From Candidatus Omnitrophota bacterium (lineage in GTDB: Bacteria; Omnitrophota; Gorgyraeia; Gorgyraeales; Gorgyraeaceae), in NCBI GenBank assembly GCA_030649895.1, contig JAUSEX010000040.1, forward strand, positions 16,839 to 80,838: a stretch of DNA of 64,000 nt, written 5' to 3'. Below the pieces are notes generated by a model that did not search any database, was not told the DNA's origin, and worked only from the letters and a program-made list of their open reading frames with translations. Below, piece by piece: positions 29,527 to 40,017 of the stretch. The position numbers and the translations under genes were made by a program. Each line of letters begins with the position of its first letter. Position 1 is the first letter of the stretch.

Positions 29527-31044
29527 ATGTCTAAAAAACATATTATAAAATCAGCCGGGACGATAGGGTTCGCCACAGTGATAAGCAGGGTGCTGGGCTT
29601 TGTGAGGGATATTATCATTGCCAGGTATTTTGGCACAGCCAGGTATGCCGAGGCTTTTGTAGTCGCGTTCCGTATACCGAATATGTTAAGAGATCTGGTG
29701 GGAGAAGGCGCCACGAATGCGGCTTTTGTGCCTGTCTTAAGCGAATATGCGGTGAAGAAAAAAGAAGAGTTCTGGGAACTGGCCAATGTTATATTAAATC
29801 TGTTGCTTGTGACGCTTTCCGCTATAACCGTTGCCGGCATTTTTGCTTCGCCATGGATTGTCAGATTTATGGCCCCGGGTTTTTTGGATGATCCTGAAAA
29901 ATTCGCAATAACAGTAAAGCTGACGCGCCTGATGTTCCCTTATATACTTCTTATCGGCCTGACTGCTTACACAATGGGCGTATTGAATTCTCTAAAGCAT
30001 TTTTCAGCGCCTGCGTTCGGGCCGTGTCTCCTTAATATAGCGATAATAATATGCGCGATCATTTGGGGTGAAAGCGTGATGGGCCTAGTGAGCGGCGTTT
30101 TAATAGGCGGGATACTGCAGCTTGCGGTACAGATACCGGTCTTATATAAAAAAGGTTTCAAGTTTTCGTTTGCAATAAAATTAAACCACCCGGCTGCAAA
30201 TAAAATAGGGACCCTGATGTTGCCACGCGTTATCGGCTCATGCATGTATCAGTTAAACCTGTTTATAAACACTATTTTAGCGTCTTTATCCGGCGTGGTG
30301 GGTTCAGGAGGGGTTGCGGCGCTTTATTATGCAAACAGGATTTTCCAATTTCCTCTGGCCATATTCGGGATTGCAATAGCTCAGGCAGCATTGCCTACCA
30401 TGTCCAGAGAGGCGCTGGAAAAAGAACCGGATAAATTAAAGCTCACGCTTTCTTTTTCATTAAGGGTTATAAATTTTATTATTATTCCAGCCTCAATCGG
30501 TCTTATAGTTCTGGCGGTTCCAATAACGAAAACCTTGTTTGAAAGAGGAAAGTTTGACCAATATTCAACTTTAATTACAGCTAATGCGCTTGTCTTTTAT
30601 TCCATAGGCCTTTTCAGTTATTCCGGGATAAAGATACTTGTAAGTTGTTTTTATTCTCTGCAGGATACGCTTACTCCGGTAAAGATTGCAGGCGCATCGC
30701 TTCTCCTGAATATAGCGCTTAATCTGGCGCTGATGTTTCCTTTAAAGATAGGCGGGTTGGCGCTCGCCGCCTCTATTTCCGGGATTTTTAATTTTTTAGC
30801 GCTTTTTTTTATATTAAGAAATAAGATAGGGCCTCTGGATGGCCGCAGGATACTGAATTCTTTTCTAAAGGTGCTATTGGCAAGCCTGGCAATGGCCGCG
30901 GTTATTTATATATGCGCTTTTAAAATAAACCTGAACCTTTTTATTGTGATATTAATAGCTATGCTAAGCTATGTCGGCGCAACGTTTATTTTTGATGTAA
31001 AAGAGGCGAAGGAATTTTTGTCATGGGCGTCAACGAGAAAATGA
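29527..31044 (+). CDS. murJ: Lipid II flippase MurJ
   Basis: SRVLGFVRD, AFRIPN.LR.L.GEGA, LYYANRIFQFPL. Confidence 0.95.
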   Translation: MSKKHIIKSAGTIGFATVISRVLGFVRDIIIARYFGTARYAEAFVVAFRIPNMLRDLVGEGATNAAFVPVLSEYAVKKKEEFWELANVILNLLLVTLSAITVAGIFASPWIVRFMAPGFLDDPEKFAITVKLTRLMFPYILLIGLTAYTMGVLNSLKHFSAPAFGPCLLNIAIIICAIIWGESVMGLVSGVLIGGILQLAVQIPVLYKKGFKFSFAIKLNHPAANKIGTLMLPRVIGSCMYQLNLFINTILASLSGVVGSGGVAALYYANRIFQFPLAIFGIAIAQAALPTMSREALEKEPDKLKLTLSFSLRVINFIIIPASIGLIVLAVPITKTLFERGKFDQYSTLITANALVFYSIGLFSYSGIKILVSCFYSLQDTLTPVKIAGASLLLNIALNLALMFPLKIGGLALAASISGIFNFLALFFILRNKIGPLDGRRILNSFLKVLLASLAMAAVIYICAFKINLNLFIVILIAMLSYVGATFIFDVKEAKEFLSWASTRK

Positions 31045-32336
31045 AGCTCCGCGGGTTAAAACCTTCAATTTCCTGTAGCGAATGTATAAAAGATATCCCG
31101 CACCTCCCAGGGGTTTATATTATGAAGGATGCTTCCGGAGAGGCCATTTATATAGGCAAGGCCAAAGACCTTTTTAAAAGGGTGTCCAGCTATTTTCAGG
31201 AATCAAGGCCCAGGACGGCAAAGCTTATATCGTTGTTGGAGAAAGTAAAAGGCCTGGATTACGTGGTTACCGGTTCGGAAGAAGAGGCTCTTATATATGA
31301 AGCGAGCCTGATAAAGGAGAAAAAACCGAGATATAATGTTGAATTAAAAGACGACAAGACCTTCCCTTTTTTAAAAATTGGATTAAACGAAAAGTTCCCG
31401 AGGCTTACCATAACAAGAAAAAAAATAGACGATGGTTCTAGGTACTTTGGGCCTTATACAAAGGTGGGGCTTTTAAGAAACGCTGTAGGCATATTGAAGA
31501 ATATATTTCCTATGCGAATCTGCAAGAGAATGCCCGGCGAGGTATGCCTGGCTTACCATATAGGGCAATGCATGGGCCCGTGCGTGAATAAAGTGGATGA
31601 AGAATCATATAGCGCAATAGTCAGGCAGCTGATTTTATTTCTGGAAGGCAAAAAAACAATATTGATACAGGAATTAACGGACAATATGAAAAGGTTTGCC
31701 GATAAAAAAGATTTTGAGCGGGCTGCAATCATGCGCAACAGGCTGTCAGCCCTTTTGGAGGTATCTGACAGAAAAACAGCCGATTATAGCTCGTGGGGGA
31801 ATGTCGCTTTAAAATTAAAGAAAATCCTGAAGTTAGCTAGCCTGCCGCTAAGGATAGAGGCGTTTGACGTTTCGAATATATCCGGCAAAGAAGCTACTGG
31901 TTCGATGGTTTATTTTAATAACGGCGTGCCGGATAAATCAAATTACAGAAAATTCAGGATAAAAAACGTAAAAGGCGTTGATGATTACGCTATGATGAAA
32001 GAGATTGTCCGCAGAAGGTATAAAAGATTAAAGGAAGAGAACGTAAAATTTCCGGATCTTGTTATAATAGACGGCGGAAAAGGCCATTTGGCCGCAGCGC
32101 ATGAGGAGCTTCTGAAATTAAATCTTAGCCATGTGCCTGTAATAGGCATCGCCAAGCAGGAGGAAAAGATATATACGCTCGATTCATCAAAGCCGCTTGA
32201 TATAAACAGAGACTCGGAGATGTTGCATTTTATACAAAGCGTAAGGGACGAGGCGCACAGGTTTGCGTTGAAGTATCACCACGTTCTTCGCCACAACAAC
32301 TTTACAAATTCCGACTTCGCGAGTCGCCGCAGGTAG
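31041..32336 (+). CDS. uvrC: Excinuclease ABC subunit C, short form lacking the C-terminal HhH domain
   Basis: GIY-YIG PGVYIMKD..YIGKA, UVR motif, RIEAFDVSN, IDGGKGH, RDEAHRFA; ATGA overlap with murJ. Confidence 0.85.
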   Translation: MKLRGLKPSISCSECIKDIPHLPGVYIMKDASGEAIYIGKAKDLFKRVSSYFQESRPRTAKLISLLEKVKGLDYVVTGSEEEALIYEASLIKEKKPRYNVELKDDKTFPFLKIGLNEKFPRLTITRKKIDDGSRYFGPYTKVGLLRNAVGILKNIFPMRICKRMPGEVCLAYHIGQCMGPCVNKVDEESYSAIVRQLILFLEGKKTILIQELTDNMKRFADKKDFERAAIMRNRLSALLEVSDRKTADYSSWGNVALKLKKILKLASLPLRIEAFDVSNISGKEATGSMVYFNNGVPDKSNYRKFRIKNVKGVDDYAMMKEIVRRRYKRLKEENVKFPDLVIIDGGKGHLAAAHEELLKLNLSHVPVIGIAKQEEKIYTLDSSKPLDINRDSEMLHFIQSVRDEAHRFALKYHHVLRHNNFTNSDFASRRR

Positions 32337-32354
32337 GCGACTCACGGAGTCGGA
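32310..32354. repeat. Palindrome family B, copy 2 (contains the uvrC stop)
   Basis: TCCGACTTCGCGAGTCGCC-GCAGGTA-GGCGACTCACGGAGTCGGA. Confidence 0.9.
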
Positions 32355-32365
32355 TAGGTACGATA

Positions 32366-32665
32366 ATGGCAAAAGAATTGACACTTTTTGAAGAAAAGGT
32401 ATATACTGTGGTAAAGAAAATACCTTTCGGAGAGGTGAGGTCCTATGCGTGGGTAGCTAAAAAGGCCGGAAGGCCGGCAGCTGCCAGGGCAGTAGGCAAC
32501 GCCCTTAATAAAAATCCCTTTCCTGTTGCAGTCCCATGCCACAGGGTGGTGCATTCAGACGGCTCTATTGGAGAATACGCATTTGGCTGGGATTTGAAAA
32601 GTAGATTATTGGAGACAGAGGATGCTTTCAGAAATAAAGGTAAAATTAAAAGACGCAGAAATTAA
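32366..32665 (+). CDS. ogt: Methylated-DNA--protein-cysteine methyltransferase (MGMT C-domain)
   Basis: [25 protein letters not shown] active site. Confidence 0.9.
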   Translation: MAKELTLFEEKVYTVVKKIPFGEVRSYAWVAKKAGRPAAARAVGNALNKNPFPVAVPCHRVVHSDGSIGEYAFGWDLKSRLLETEDAFRNKGKIKRRRN

Positions 32666-33719
32666 ACTAACGGATTTAAAGCTGTATCTGAGCGTAGATA
32701 AGAACGAAATCAGGCTTAAAGAATTAGAAACTCAGCTTGCGAATCCGGGTTTCTGGGATGACCAGGAGAAATCGAGGCCTGTTATCCAGGAGTTAAAAGC
32801 GGCGCGCGCCATACTGGATCCTTATTTTGAAGTCAGGAAAGAACTTGATGAGCTTGGGGAGCTGGCTGTTGTGCTTGATGAAGAGGACAAAGGTTCGATA
32901 AGAGAGGTTTTGGAAGCCCTGGACAGGCTAGCTAAAAAATTGGAAGCCCTGGAATTTAAAAGCCTTTTAAACAGTGAAAGCGATATGAGCAATGCTATCG
33001 TCAGCATACATTCAGGCGCAGGCGGGACTGAGTCCTGCGATTGGGCCAGTATGCTTTTAAGGATGTATTCGATGTGGGCTGAAAAAAAAGGTTATAAGAT
33101 TGAAATGATTGATATGCTGCAGGGCGAAGAGGCGGGCTTGAAAAGCGTGGATCTTATAATAACAGGGCCTTATGCGTACGGGTATCTTAAGTCGGAAAAA
33201 GGTGTGCATAGGCTTGTCAGGATTTCCCCTTTTGACTCTAATAAAAGGCGGCATACGTCTTTCGCGTCCGTGGATGTTATCCCGGAAATTGCAGACGATA
33301 TAGTGATAGAGATAAATGAAACGGATTTAAAGATCGATACTTACAGGGCAGGAGGCAAGGGCGGGCAGAATGTAAACAAATTGGAAACCGCGGTCAGGAT
33401 TACGCATGTTCCTACGGGTATCGTTGTGCAGTGCCAGAAGGAAAGGTCTCAGTTTAAAAATAAAACCCTTGCGATGAAGGTGTTGAAGGCAAAGCTTTAC
33501 GAACTGAAGATGGATGAAAAGAAAAAAGAACTGGAAAAAGAATACGCCAAGAAACAGAAGATAGAATGGGGAAGCCAGATACGCTCGTATGTTATGCACC
33601 CGTATTCAATGATAAAGGACCACAGGACCGAACACGAGACGTCTAACGTTGATGCGGTAATGAGCGGCGAGTTGGACGAATTTATGGAAACATTTTTAAA
33701 ATGGAAGGTAAACAACTAG
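32622..33719 (+). CDS. prfB: Peptide chain release factor 2 (continuous ORF, no frameshift)
   Basis: [14 protein letters not shown] tripeptide, GGQ motif, [12 protein letters not shown]. Confidence 0.95.
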   Translation: MLSEIKVKLKDAEIKLTDLKLYLSVDKNEIRLKELETQLANPGFWDDQEKSRPVIQELKAARAILDPYFEVRKELDELGELAVVLDEEDKGSIREVLEALDRLAKKLEALEFKSLLNSESDMSNAIVSIHSGAGGTESCDWASMLLRMYSMWAEKKGYKIEMIDMLQGEEAGLKSVDLIITGPYAYGYLKSEKGVHRLVRISPFDSNKRRHTSFASVDVIPEIADDIVIEINETDLKIDTYRAGGKGGQNVNKLETAVRITHVPTGIVVQCQKERSQFKNKTLAMKVLKAKLYELKMDEKKKELEKEYAKKQKIEWGSQIRSYVMHPYSMIKDHRTEHETSNVDAVMSGELDEFMETFLKWKVNN

Positions 33720-33758
33720 AAAACCAGTAATTTAACGGCCCCTAACGCGCCGAAATAT

Positions 33759-36533
33759 ATGATTAATTGGATATTGAGCAAGTTTATAGGAACGCAGAAT
33801 GAACGTGAGATCAAAAGGCTGAAACCTCTGGTAGATAAGATAAATTCTTTCGAACCGCAGGTTCAGAAACTTCCTGACTCAGAACTGCGCCGGAAAACAG
33901 ATGAGTTTCGCAAAAGGCTGGCGGGCGGGGAGACTGTAGACGATATTTTACCCGAAGCTTTCAGCGTAGTGCGGGAGGTATCGAAGCGCACAGTCCGCAT
34001 GAGACATTTCGATAACCAGCTTATCGGCGGCATAGTATTGCATCAGGGAAAAATCAGCGAGATGGCGACGGGAGAAGGAAAAACCCTGGTCGCGACTCTG
34101 CCCGCTTATCTAAATGCCTTGAGCGGGAAAGGCGTTCATATAATAACCGTTAATGATTATCTTGCGCACAGGGACAGAGACTGGATGGGCCCGATATATG
34201 AATTTTTGGGGCTTACGGTAGGGGTTATACAGCATGATATGGATCCGCAGCTGAGGCAGATTGCCTATGGAAGCGACATTACTTACGGTACGAATAATGA
34301 ATATGGTTTTGACTATCTAAGGGACAACATGGTTGTCAGGAAAGAGGAGATGGTCCAGCGCGAATTGAATTATGCGATCGTGGACGAGGTAGACAGCATT
34401 CTTATAGACGAGGCGCGTACCCCGCTTATTATCTCAGGGCCTTCGGACGAGTCCACTGATAAGTATTATATTTGCGATAAAATCGTGCCGAGACTCAAAG
34501 GACGGATTATTTTAGAAAAAGATGAGATAGACGCAAAATTTAAAGGCATAGACCTGTCAAAAGGCTATGATTACATTGTAGATGAAAAAGCGAACACGGC
34601 GCATCTTACGGAAGACGGAGAGATTAAAGCGGCTAAAATGCTCGGCGTGGATAACATGCATGATATAGCTACCATGGAATACCGTCATCACATGATCCAG
34701 GCCTTGAAGGCTCATAATCTTTTTGATAAGGATGTAGATTATGTCGTAAAAGACGGCGAGGTTATTATCGTGGATGAATTTACGGGCCGCTTGATGCCGG
34801 GGAGAAGATGGTCCGATGGCCTTCATCAGGCGATAGAGGCAAAAGAAGGGATGAAAATAGAGAGAGAAAATCAGACGCTTGCCACAATCACATTTCAGAA
34901 TTATTTCAGGATGTATAAAAAACTCGCTGGCATGACAGGCACTGCAATGACAGAGGCCGGAGAATTCAGCCACATTTATAAATTGGATACAGTCTCGATA
35001 CCTACTAACAGGCCTTTAATAAGATTAAATCATCCGGATGTTATTTATAAAACGGAAAAAGAAAAATTTAACGCAGCGTGTAACGAGATAGAGGAACTAT
35101 ATAAGAAGGGAAGGCCGGTTCTGGTGGGGACTATCTCAATAGAAAAGTCAGAACGCATGAGCTCTATTTTAAAAAGGCGCGGGATCCCGCATAATGTCTT
35201 AAATGCAAAATATCACGAGATGGAAGCGACTATCGTGGCTCAGGCGGGAAGGCTGGGCGGGGTTACCATTGCCACGAATATGGCGGGCCGCGGGACAGAT
35301 ATTTTACTCGGCGGAAATCCCGAATTCATGGTCAATGACTGGATGAAGGCAAAAGGCGTGGGGCCTAAAGACGTGAGCCTGGAGGAGCGCGAGAAATGGC
35401 TGGTTGAGGCGAGAGAAAAAGTAAAAGAAGAACACGACAAGGTTGTGGGCTTGAGCGGGCTGCATATCATGGGAACCGAACGCCATGAATCCCGTCGCGT
35501 GGACAATCAGCTACGAGGCCGTTCAGGCAGGCAGGGCGATCCGGGCTCGTCTAAATTTTATATATCTTTAGAGGATGACCTGATGCGGCTTTTTGGGTCG
35601 GACAGGATCTCTTCGATTTATGACAGGCTTGGCATAGAAGAGGGCCAGGATATCCAGCACCCTCTTATAAGCAGGGCTATCGAGGTTGCCCAGAAAAGGG
35701 TTGAGCAGCATAATTTTGATATTCGTAAACATGTGCTTGAATATGATAACGTGATGAATAAACAGAGAGAGGTTATTTACGAAGAGAGAAAAAAAATTCT
35801 GACGGGCGATAATGCCAGAGAGCATATTTATGAGATAGTAGAAGAAGTCCTGGATGATGCGATAGTTACTTATATGAATCCTGATATGCACAAGGCTGAT
35901 TGGAAATATGCGGAATTCAATGAGTGGCTCTGGTCAAAGTTCAATATAAGGATACAGGATATGGAAGAAATAACGGAAGGAAAAGATTCCGAAGCTATCC
36001 TGGACTATTTTATAGAAATAGTAAAGTCAGCATACGTGGAAAAAGAAAAAAATATGCCGCCTGGTTTAATGACGCATATTGAAAAGATGATCATGCTGCA
36101 GGTTATTGACACAAAATGGAAAGACCATCTTCACGCAATGGATATCCTCAGGGAAGGGATAGGCCTCAGGGCGTATGGCCAGCGCGACCCGCTCATAGAG
36201 TATCAGCACGAAGGCTATGACATGTTTATGGCAATGATAGAAAGCGTAAAACATGAGACGATAGAATTTTTATTTAAGGTTCAGGCGGCGAGAGAAGAAA
36301 GTCCTATAAGAGGCGTGTTCCAGTCTTTGCCGCGGGAATTTATAAAGTCAGAAGCAGCCCCGATGTCTAAAATTCCTGCGCCCCAGGTGCAAAGAGGAGA
36401 GGATTTTAAGGAAGGGCTTAACGAAGAACGCCCGTCGGTGGAACAGTATAAACGTTCTGAGTTAAAAGTTGGCCGTAATGACCCATGCACGTGCGGCAGC
36501 GGCAAAAAATATAAAAAATGCTGTGGGAAATAA
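33759..36533 (+). CDS. secA: Preprotein translocase ATPase SecA
   Basis: [60 protein letters not shown]. Confidence 0.98.
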   Translation: MINWILSKFIGTQNEREIKRLKPLVDKINSFEPQVQKLPDSELRRKTDEFRKRLAGGETVDDILPEAFSVVREVSKRTVRMRHFDNQLIGGIVLHQGKISEMATGEGKTLVATLPAYLNALSGKGVHIITVNDYLAHRDRDWMGPIYEFLGLTVGVIQHDMDPQLRQIAYGSDITYGTNNEYGFDYLRDNMVVRKEEMVQRELNYAIVDEVDSILIDEARTPLIISGPSDESTDKYYICDKIVPRLKGRIILEKDEIDAKFKGIDLSKGYDYIVDEKANTAHLTEDGEIKAAKMLGVDNMHDIATMEYRHHMIQALKAHNLFDKDVDYVVKDGEVIIVDEFTGRLMPGRRWSDGLHQAIEAKEGMKIERENQTLATITFQNYFRMYKKLAGMTGTAMTEAGEFSHIYKLDTVSIPTNRPLIRLNHPDVIYKTEKEKFNAACNEIEELYKKGRPVLVGTISIEKSERMSSILKRRGIPHNVLNAKYHEMEATIVAQAGRLGGVTIATNMAGRGTDILLGGNPEFMVNDWMKAKGVGPKDVSLEEREKWLVEAREKVKEEHDKVVGLSGLHIMGTERHESRRVDNQLRGRSGRQGDPGSSKFYISLEDDLMRLFGSDRISSIYDRLGIEEGQDIQHPLISRAIEVAQKRVEQHNFDIRKHVLEYDNVMNKQREVIYEERKKILTGDNAREHIYEIVEEVLDDAIVTYMNPDMHKADWKYAEFNEWLWSKFNIRIQDMEEITEGKDSEAILDYFIEIVKSAYVEKEKNMPPGLMTHIEKMIMLQVIDTKWKDHLHAMDILREGIGLRAYGQRDPLIEYQHEGYDMFMAMIESVKHETIEFLFKVQAAREESPIRGVFQSLPREFIKSEAAPMSKIPAPQVQRGEDFKEGLNEERPSVEQYKRSELKVGRNDPCTCGSGKKYKKCCGK

Positions 36534-36542
36534 TTTTACCTG

Positions 36543-36586
36543 TCCGACTCCTTGAGTCGCCCCTCATGGCGACTCAAGGAGTCGGA
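36543..36586. repeat. Palindrome family B, copy 3
   Basis: TCCGACTCCTTGAGTCGCC-CCTCAT-GGCGACTCAAGGAGTCGGA (compensatory T/A pair). Confidence 0.9.
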
Positions 36587-36596
36587 TATAGGTCAT

Positions 36597-38075
36597 ATGC
36601 CACTTTTAATACTTTCTGCGATACTATTAATTCTTTCTTTCCCGAATTTTAATCTCAGTTTTTTTGCCTATATCGGTTTTGTCCCTCTTTTTTTTGCAAT
36701 AGAAAACAAATCTCCAAAAAAGGCATTTTTCATTTCCTATGTTTTTGGGTTTATTTTTTATCTGGGGACTTTATATTGGCTGTATCATGTGACAACCGTC
36801 GGGCTTATTAGCCTTTGTTTATATTTGGCGTTATATTTCGGAGCGTTTGGATTTATTCTTCGAGCGAGGTCGAGAAGAATAAATTGGATAGCTCTCGATT
36901 CTGCGCCTTCGGCGTCGCGCTTGAGCAGTAGTATTAATTTTCTGCTTATTCCTGTTATATGGGTTATTCTCGAATATATTCAGGCAAATATTCCAATTAT
37001 GGGTTTTGGCTGGGCGTTGCTGGGATATTCGCAGTATAGAAATTTGCCCCTGATTCAAATAGCTGATTTTTCAGGAGTGTATGGCGTTTCATTTGTAATA
37101 ATGATGGTGAATGTAGCAATTTGGCATGTCATTGCGAGATTGCGCGTTCGCTTCGCTCAGCGTAAACTCCACAGTTGGAGTAATCCCGTTAAAAAGGTTG
37201 CTTCGTCGTCCTTCGGCCTTCTCGCGGCGACAGGTTTAGTTTTGATGGCTGTATACAGTTACGGATTTTTTAAGCTAAACGAAAACCATGAGTCTGACTC
37301 AATAAAAATTTCAGTTGTACAGGGCAATATCCCGCAAGAGCTTAAATGGGATCCGGAGGCTCAGGATATGATAATTGAAAAATACGCTGCTCTTACAAAA
37401 ATGGCAGCGCTGGATAATCCTGATTTAATAGTCTGGCCAGAGACGTCTTTCCCAGGATTTTTTGAGATAGACAAAGATCTGACCGATAAGGTTTTAAGTT
37501 TGGCTAGGGAGATAAAAATTCCACTTTTACTGGGAGTTAATACGGAGAAGGATGAAAAATATTTCAATAGCGCAGCGCTGGTTTCAGAAGATGGCAGAAT
37601 GACAGATAAATACGATAAAATTCATTTAGTCCCATTCGGAGAATATGTCCCATTTTCGAATAGATTTTCAGCGTTGCATAAGCTAGTACTGGGTGAGCTT
37701 GGAGAATTTACTCCGGGAAAGGAATTTAAGTCCTTTAGCCTTCAGCCTTTAGCCTTCAGCCAAGCTGTTAAATTCTCCGCCTTAATTTGCTTTGAGGATA
37801 TTTTTCCGGAAATTTCTAAAGAGTTTGTTAAAAATGGAGCCAGGTTCCTGGTTGTTATTACGAATGACGCATGGTATGGTAGAAGCGGGGCAGCGTACCA
37901 GCACGCAGCGTGTTCAGTTTTTAGAGCTATTGAAAATAGAGTCCCTGTAGTAAGATGCGCCAATACAGGTTATTCCTGTTTTATAGACCCCAGAGGCAGA
38001 ATTTACGATAGCGTAGAAGAGAAATCGACCAACCTGTTTATCTCCGGCTACAAAACCTCAACTTGCCGGTTCTAG
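36597..38075 (+). CDS. lnt: Apolipoprotein N-acyltransferase with three in-frame repeat insertions
   Basis: W..LGYSQ, QGNIPQ..KW, WPET, YDK.HLVPFGEY.P, ICFED, TNDAWYG, RAIENR...RCANTG. Confidence 0.95.
   Translation: MPLLILSAILLILSFPNFNLSFFAYIGFVPLFFAIENKSPKKAFFISYVFGFIFYLGTLYWLYHVTTVGLISLCLYLALYFGAFGFILRARSRRINWIALDSAPSASRLSSSINFLLIPVIWVILEYIQANIPIMGFGWALLGYSQYRNLPLIQIADFSGVYGVSFVIMMVNVAIWHVIARLRVRFAQRKLHSWSNPVKKVASSSFGLLAATGLVLMAVYSYGFFKLNENHESDSIKISVVQGNIPQELKWDPEAQDMIIEKYAALTKMAALDNPDLIVWPETSFPGFFEIDKDLTDKVLSLAREIKIPLLLGVNTEKDEKYFNSAALVSEDGRMTDKYDKIHLVPFGEYVPFSNRFSALHKLVLGELGEFTPGKEFKSFSLQPLAFSQAVKFSALICFEDIFPEISKEFVKNGARFLVVITNDAWYGRSGAAYQHAACSVFRAIENRVPVVRCANTGYSCFIDPRGRIYDSVEEKSTNLFISGYKTSTCRF
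36851..36928. repeat. TTCGAGCGA..GTCGAGA..TCTCGA..CGCTTGAG palindromic element in-frame in lnt
   Basis: ATTTATTCTTC/GAAGAATAAAT arms; 14-mer TATTCTTCGAGCGA identical to 62421-62434. Confidence 0.65.
37127..37232. repeat. TGTCATTGCGAG...CTCGCGGCGACA palindromic element in-frame in lnt
   Basis: Terminal inverted arms with internal GCTTCGCTCAG and GGTTGCTTCG segments; encodes VIARLRVRFAQRKLHSWSNPVKKVASSSFGLLAAT between TM helices. Confidence 0.7.
37732..37761. repeat. Heptamer repeat in-frame in lnt
   Basis: cctttag ccttcag cctttag ccttcag cc (SFSLQPLAFSQ). Confidence 0.75.
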
Positions 38076-38118
38076 TTTTAATAGAGATTTATTTCTGAAA
38101 AAAAATAGTTATTGGAAA

Positions 38119-38151
38119 TATGTTGACATGATGTTTCAACATAGATATAAT
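38119..38151 (+). promoter_or_regulatory. Consensus sigma70 promoter with an overlapping inverted repeat
   Basis: TTGACA (38123-38128), 17 nt, TATAAT (38146-38151); TATGTTGA-N9-TCAACATA at 38119-38143. Confidence 0.75.
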
Positions 38152-38202
38152 CTACTTTCTTTTAAATTAATTTTACTAAACTTTTCAGAAAGGAGAATTG
38201 GC

Positions 38203-38334
38203 GTGGCTAGGTTTAAGTTGTACTTTCTTATATTTGCCTGTCTGGTTATTTCTATAGCTTTTTCAGGTTGCGGAACTATAAAGGGGATAGGTAATGATAT
38301 TAGCGTGATAGGAGGCATATTGAATAGGGTTTAA
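38203..38334 (+). CDS. Small entericidin (EcnA/B)-like lipoprotein
   Basis: AGGAG RBS, GTG start, lipobox FSG|C then GTIKGIGNDI. Confidence 0.65.
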   Translation: MARFKLYFLIFACLVISIAFSGCGTIKGIGNDISVIGGILNRV

Positions 38335-38507
38335 ATGCGAATCTAAGAGCAAGATATGTAATGGTAAAAAATAGAAGGCCTTGTCTTTTTTATCCCAAAC
38401 TATAAAATTTCAGTCGTAAATATTAAGTAAGCATTTATCTAAAACAGCTTTATGGACCAATAATGTTGATTCATAGAGCTGTTTGCTAGTCTTCCCGCCT
38501 AATTATA

Positions 38508-38537
38508 TTGACACCTATATAGCATATAATATATAAT
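38508..38537 (+). promoter_or_regulatory. Sigma70-type promoter for the lysS run
   Basis: TTGACA (38508-38513), 18 nt, TATAAT (38532-38537). Confidence 0.6.
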
Positions 38538-38560
38538 TAAACAAAAACAGGGAGTTGGTC

Positions 38561-40003
38561 ATGGAAGAGATGAATGAGTATATGCAGCAGCGCATTGATA
38601 AGTTAAATGCTCTCAAGGAGATAGGCGCTGAGGCATACGGCAGAAGGTTTGATAAGCCTCTCAGCATAGAAGCAATGCTTAAAGATGCCAAAGAAGGCGA
38701 TCCTGTTCAGACAGCAGGCCGCATTACTGCTTTAAGGGAACATGGAAAATCCAGCTTTATAGACCTTAGAGATTCAAGCGAAAGGATTCAGGTCTATATC
38801 AAGGTTGATACAATAGGCAAAGATACATACGCTAATATATTTAAAAGATTAGATATAGGGGATATATTGGGCGTTAAGGGAAAGTTCTTTAAGACCCACA
38901 CAGGCCAAATTACCATAAATGCGGAAGAAATCACTATTCTTGCCAAAGGCCTGAGGCCTTTGCCTGAAAAATGGCATGGCCTGAAGGATGTAGATACCAG
39001 GTACAGACAGAGATATGTGGATTTGATAGTAAACGAAGAGGTGCGCAAGGTTTTTCAGGTTCGCAGCCGAGTTATTTCTAAAATAAGGGAGATGCTTGAT
39101 AAAAAGGGATTTATGGAGGTTGAAACGCCTATGATGCAGTCAATGGCAGGAGGCGCCGCAGGAGATCCTTTTAAGACGCATCACAATGCCCTTGATATTG
39201 ATTTATATTTGCGCCTGGCCCCGGAATTATATTTAAAAAGATTGCTGGTGGGCGGGTTTGATAAGGTTTACGAGCTCAATAGAAATTTCAGGAACGAAGG
39301 TATTTCAATAAGGCATAATCCTGAATTTACTATGATAGAAATATATCAGGCTTATTCTGATTGTGACGGCATGATGCAGCTTACAGAAGAGATTTTTAAT
39401 TTTGTTGCGAACGAAGTCCTCGGAACCAATAAGATAAAATACGGGGAAGAGCTTATTGACCTGACTCCGCCCTGGCCAAGATGGTCATTTGCTGAAGAGA
39501 TAAAAAGGAAATTTGACATAAATCCGGACGATTCTTCCGAGGCGTGGATAAAAAAGCTTAAGGCCAAAGGCGTAGATTTTAAGGCCAAGGATATTACGCG
39601 GTCTCAGATAGCCAATATTATCACAGAAATGCTGGAGCCTGAAACAGGGGACAGGCCTATCTTTGTAGTGGATTTATTTGCCGAGCTATGCCCTCTGGCA
39701 AAAAGAAAAAAAGATAGCCCGCTTTTAACAGACAGGTTTGAGCTTTTCATGGGCGGAATGGAGATCGCAAATGCGTATTCGGAATTAAACGACCCTATAG
39801 AGCAGAAAAAAAGATTTGAAGAGCAGCTGATAGGGCAGGAAGGCGTAAAGAAAATAGACGAGGATTTCGTAAGGGCTCTTGAATACGGGATGCCGCCGGC
39901 AGGCGGGCTTGGGATAGGTATAGACAGAATGATAATGCTTTTAGCAAACCAGCCGTCTATACGGGATGTAATTTTATTTCCGCAGCTTAAACCGGAAGCA
40001 TAA
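38561..40003 (+). CDS. lysS: Lysine--tRNA ligase (class II)
   Basis: LPEKWHGL.D...RYRQRY, FRNEG.S.RHNPEF, YGMPPAGGLGIGIDR. Confidence 0.97.
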   Translation: MEEMNEYMQQRIDKLNALKEIGAEAYGRRFDKPLSIEAMLKDAKEGDPVQTAGRITALREHGKSSFIDLRDSSERIQVYIKVDTIGKDTYANIFKRLDIGDILGVKGKFFKTHTGQITINAEEITILAKGLRPLPEKWHGLKDVDTRYRQRYVDLIVNEEVRKVFQVRSRVISKIREMLDKKGFMEVETPMMQSMAGGAAGDPFKTHHNALDIDLYLRLAPELYLKRLLVGGFDKVYELNRNFRNEGISIRHNPEFTMIEIYQAYSDCDGMMQLTEEIFNFVANEVLGTNKIKYGEELIDLTPPWPRWSFAEEIKRKFDINPDDSSEAWIKKLKAKGVDFKAKDITRSQIANIITEMLEPETGDRPIFVVDLFAELCPLAKRKKDSPLLTDRFELFMGGMEIANAYSELNDPIEQKKRFEEQLIGQEGVKKIDEDFVRALEYGMPPAGGLGIGIDRMIMLLANQPSIRDVILFPQLKPEA

Positions 40004-40017
40004 CGTAGAGGCAAGGT

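Noticed and set aside
31044-31080. Possible decayed repeat at the uvrC 5' end (AAGCTCCGCGGGTTAAAACC)
   Set aside because: No matching second arm and no second copy in the window
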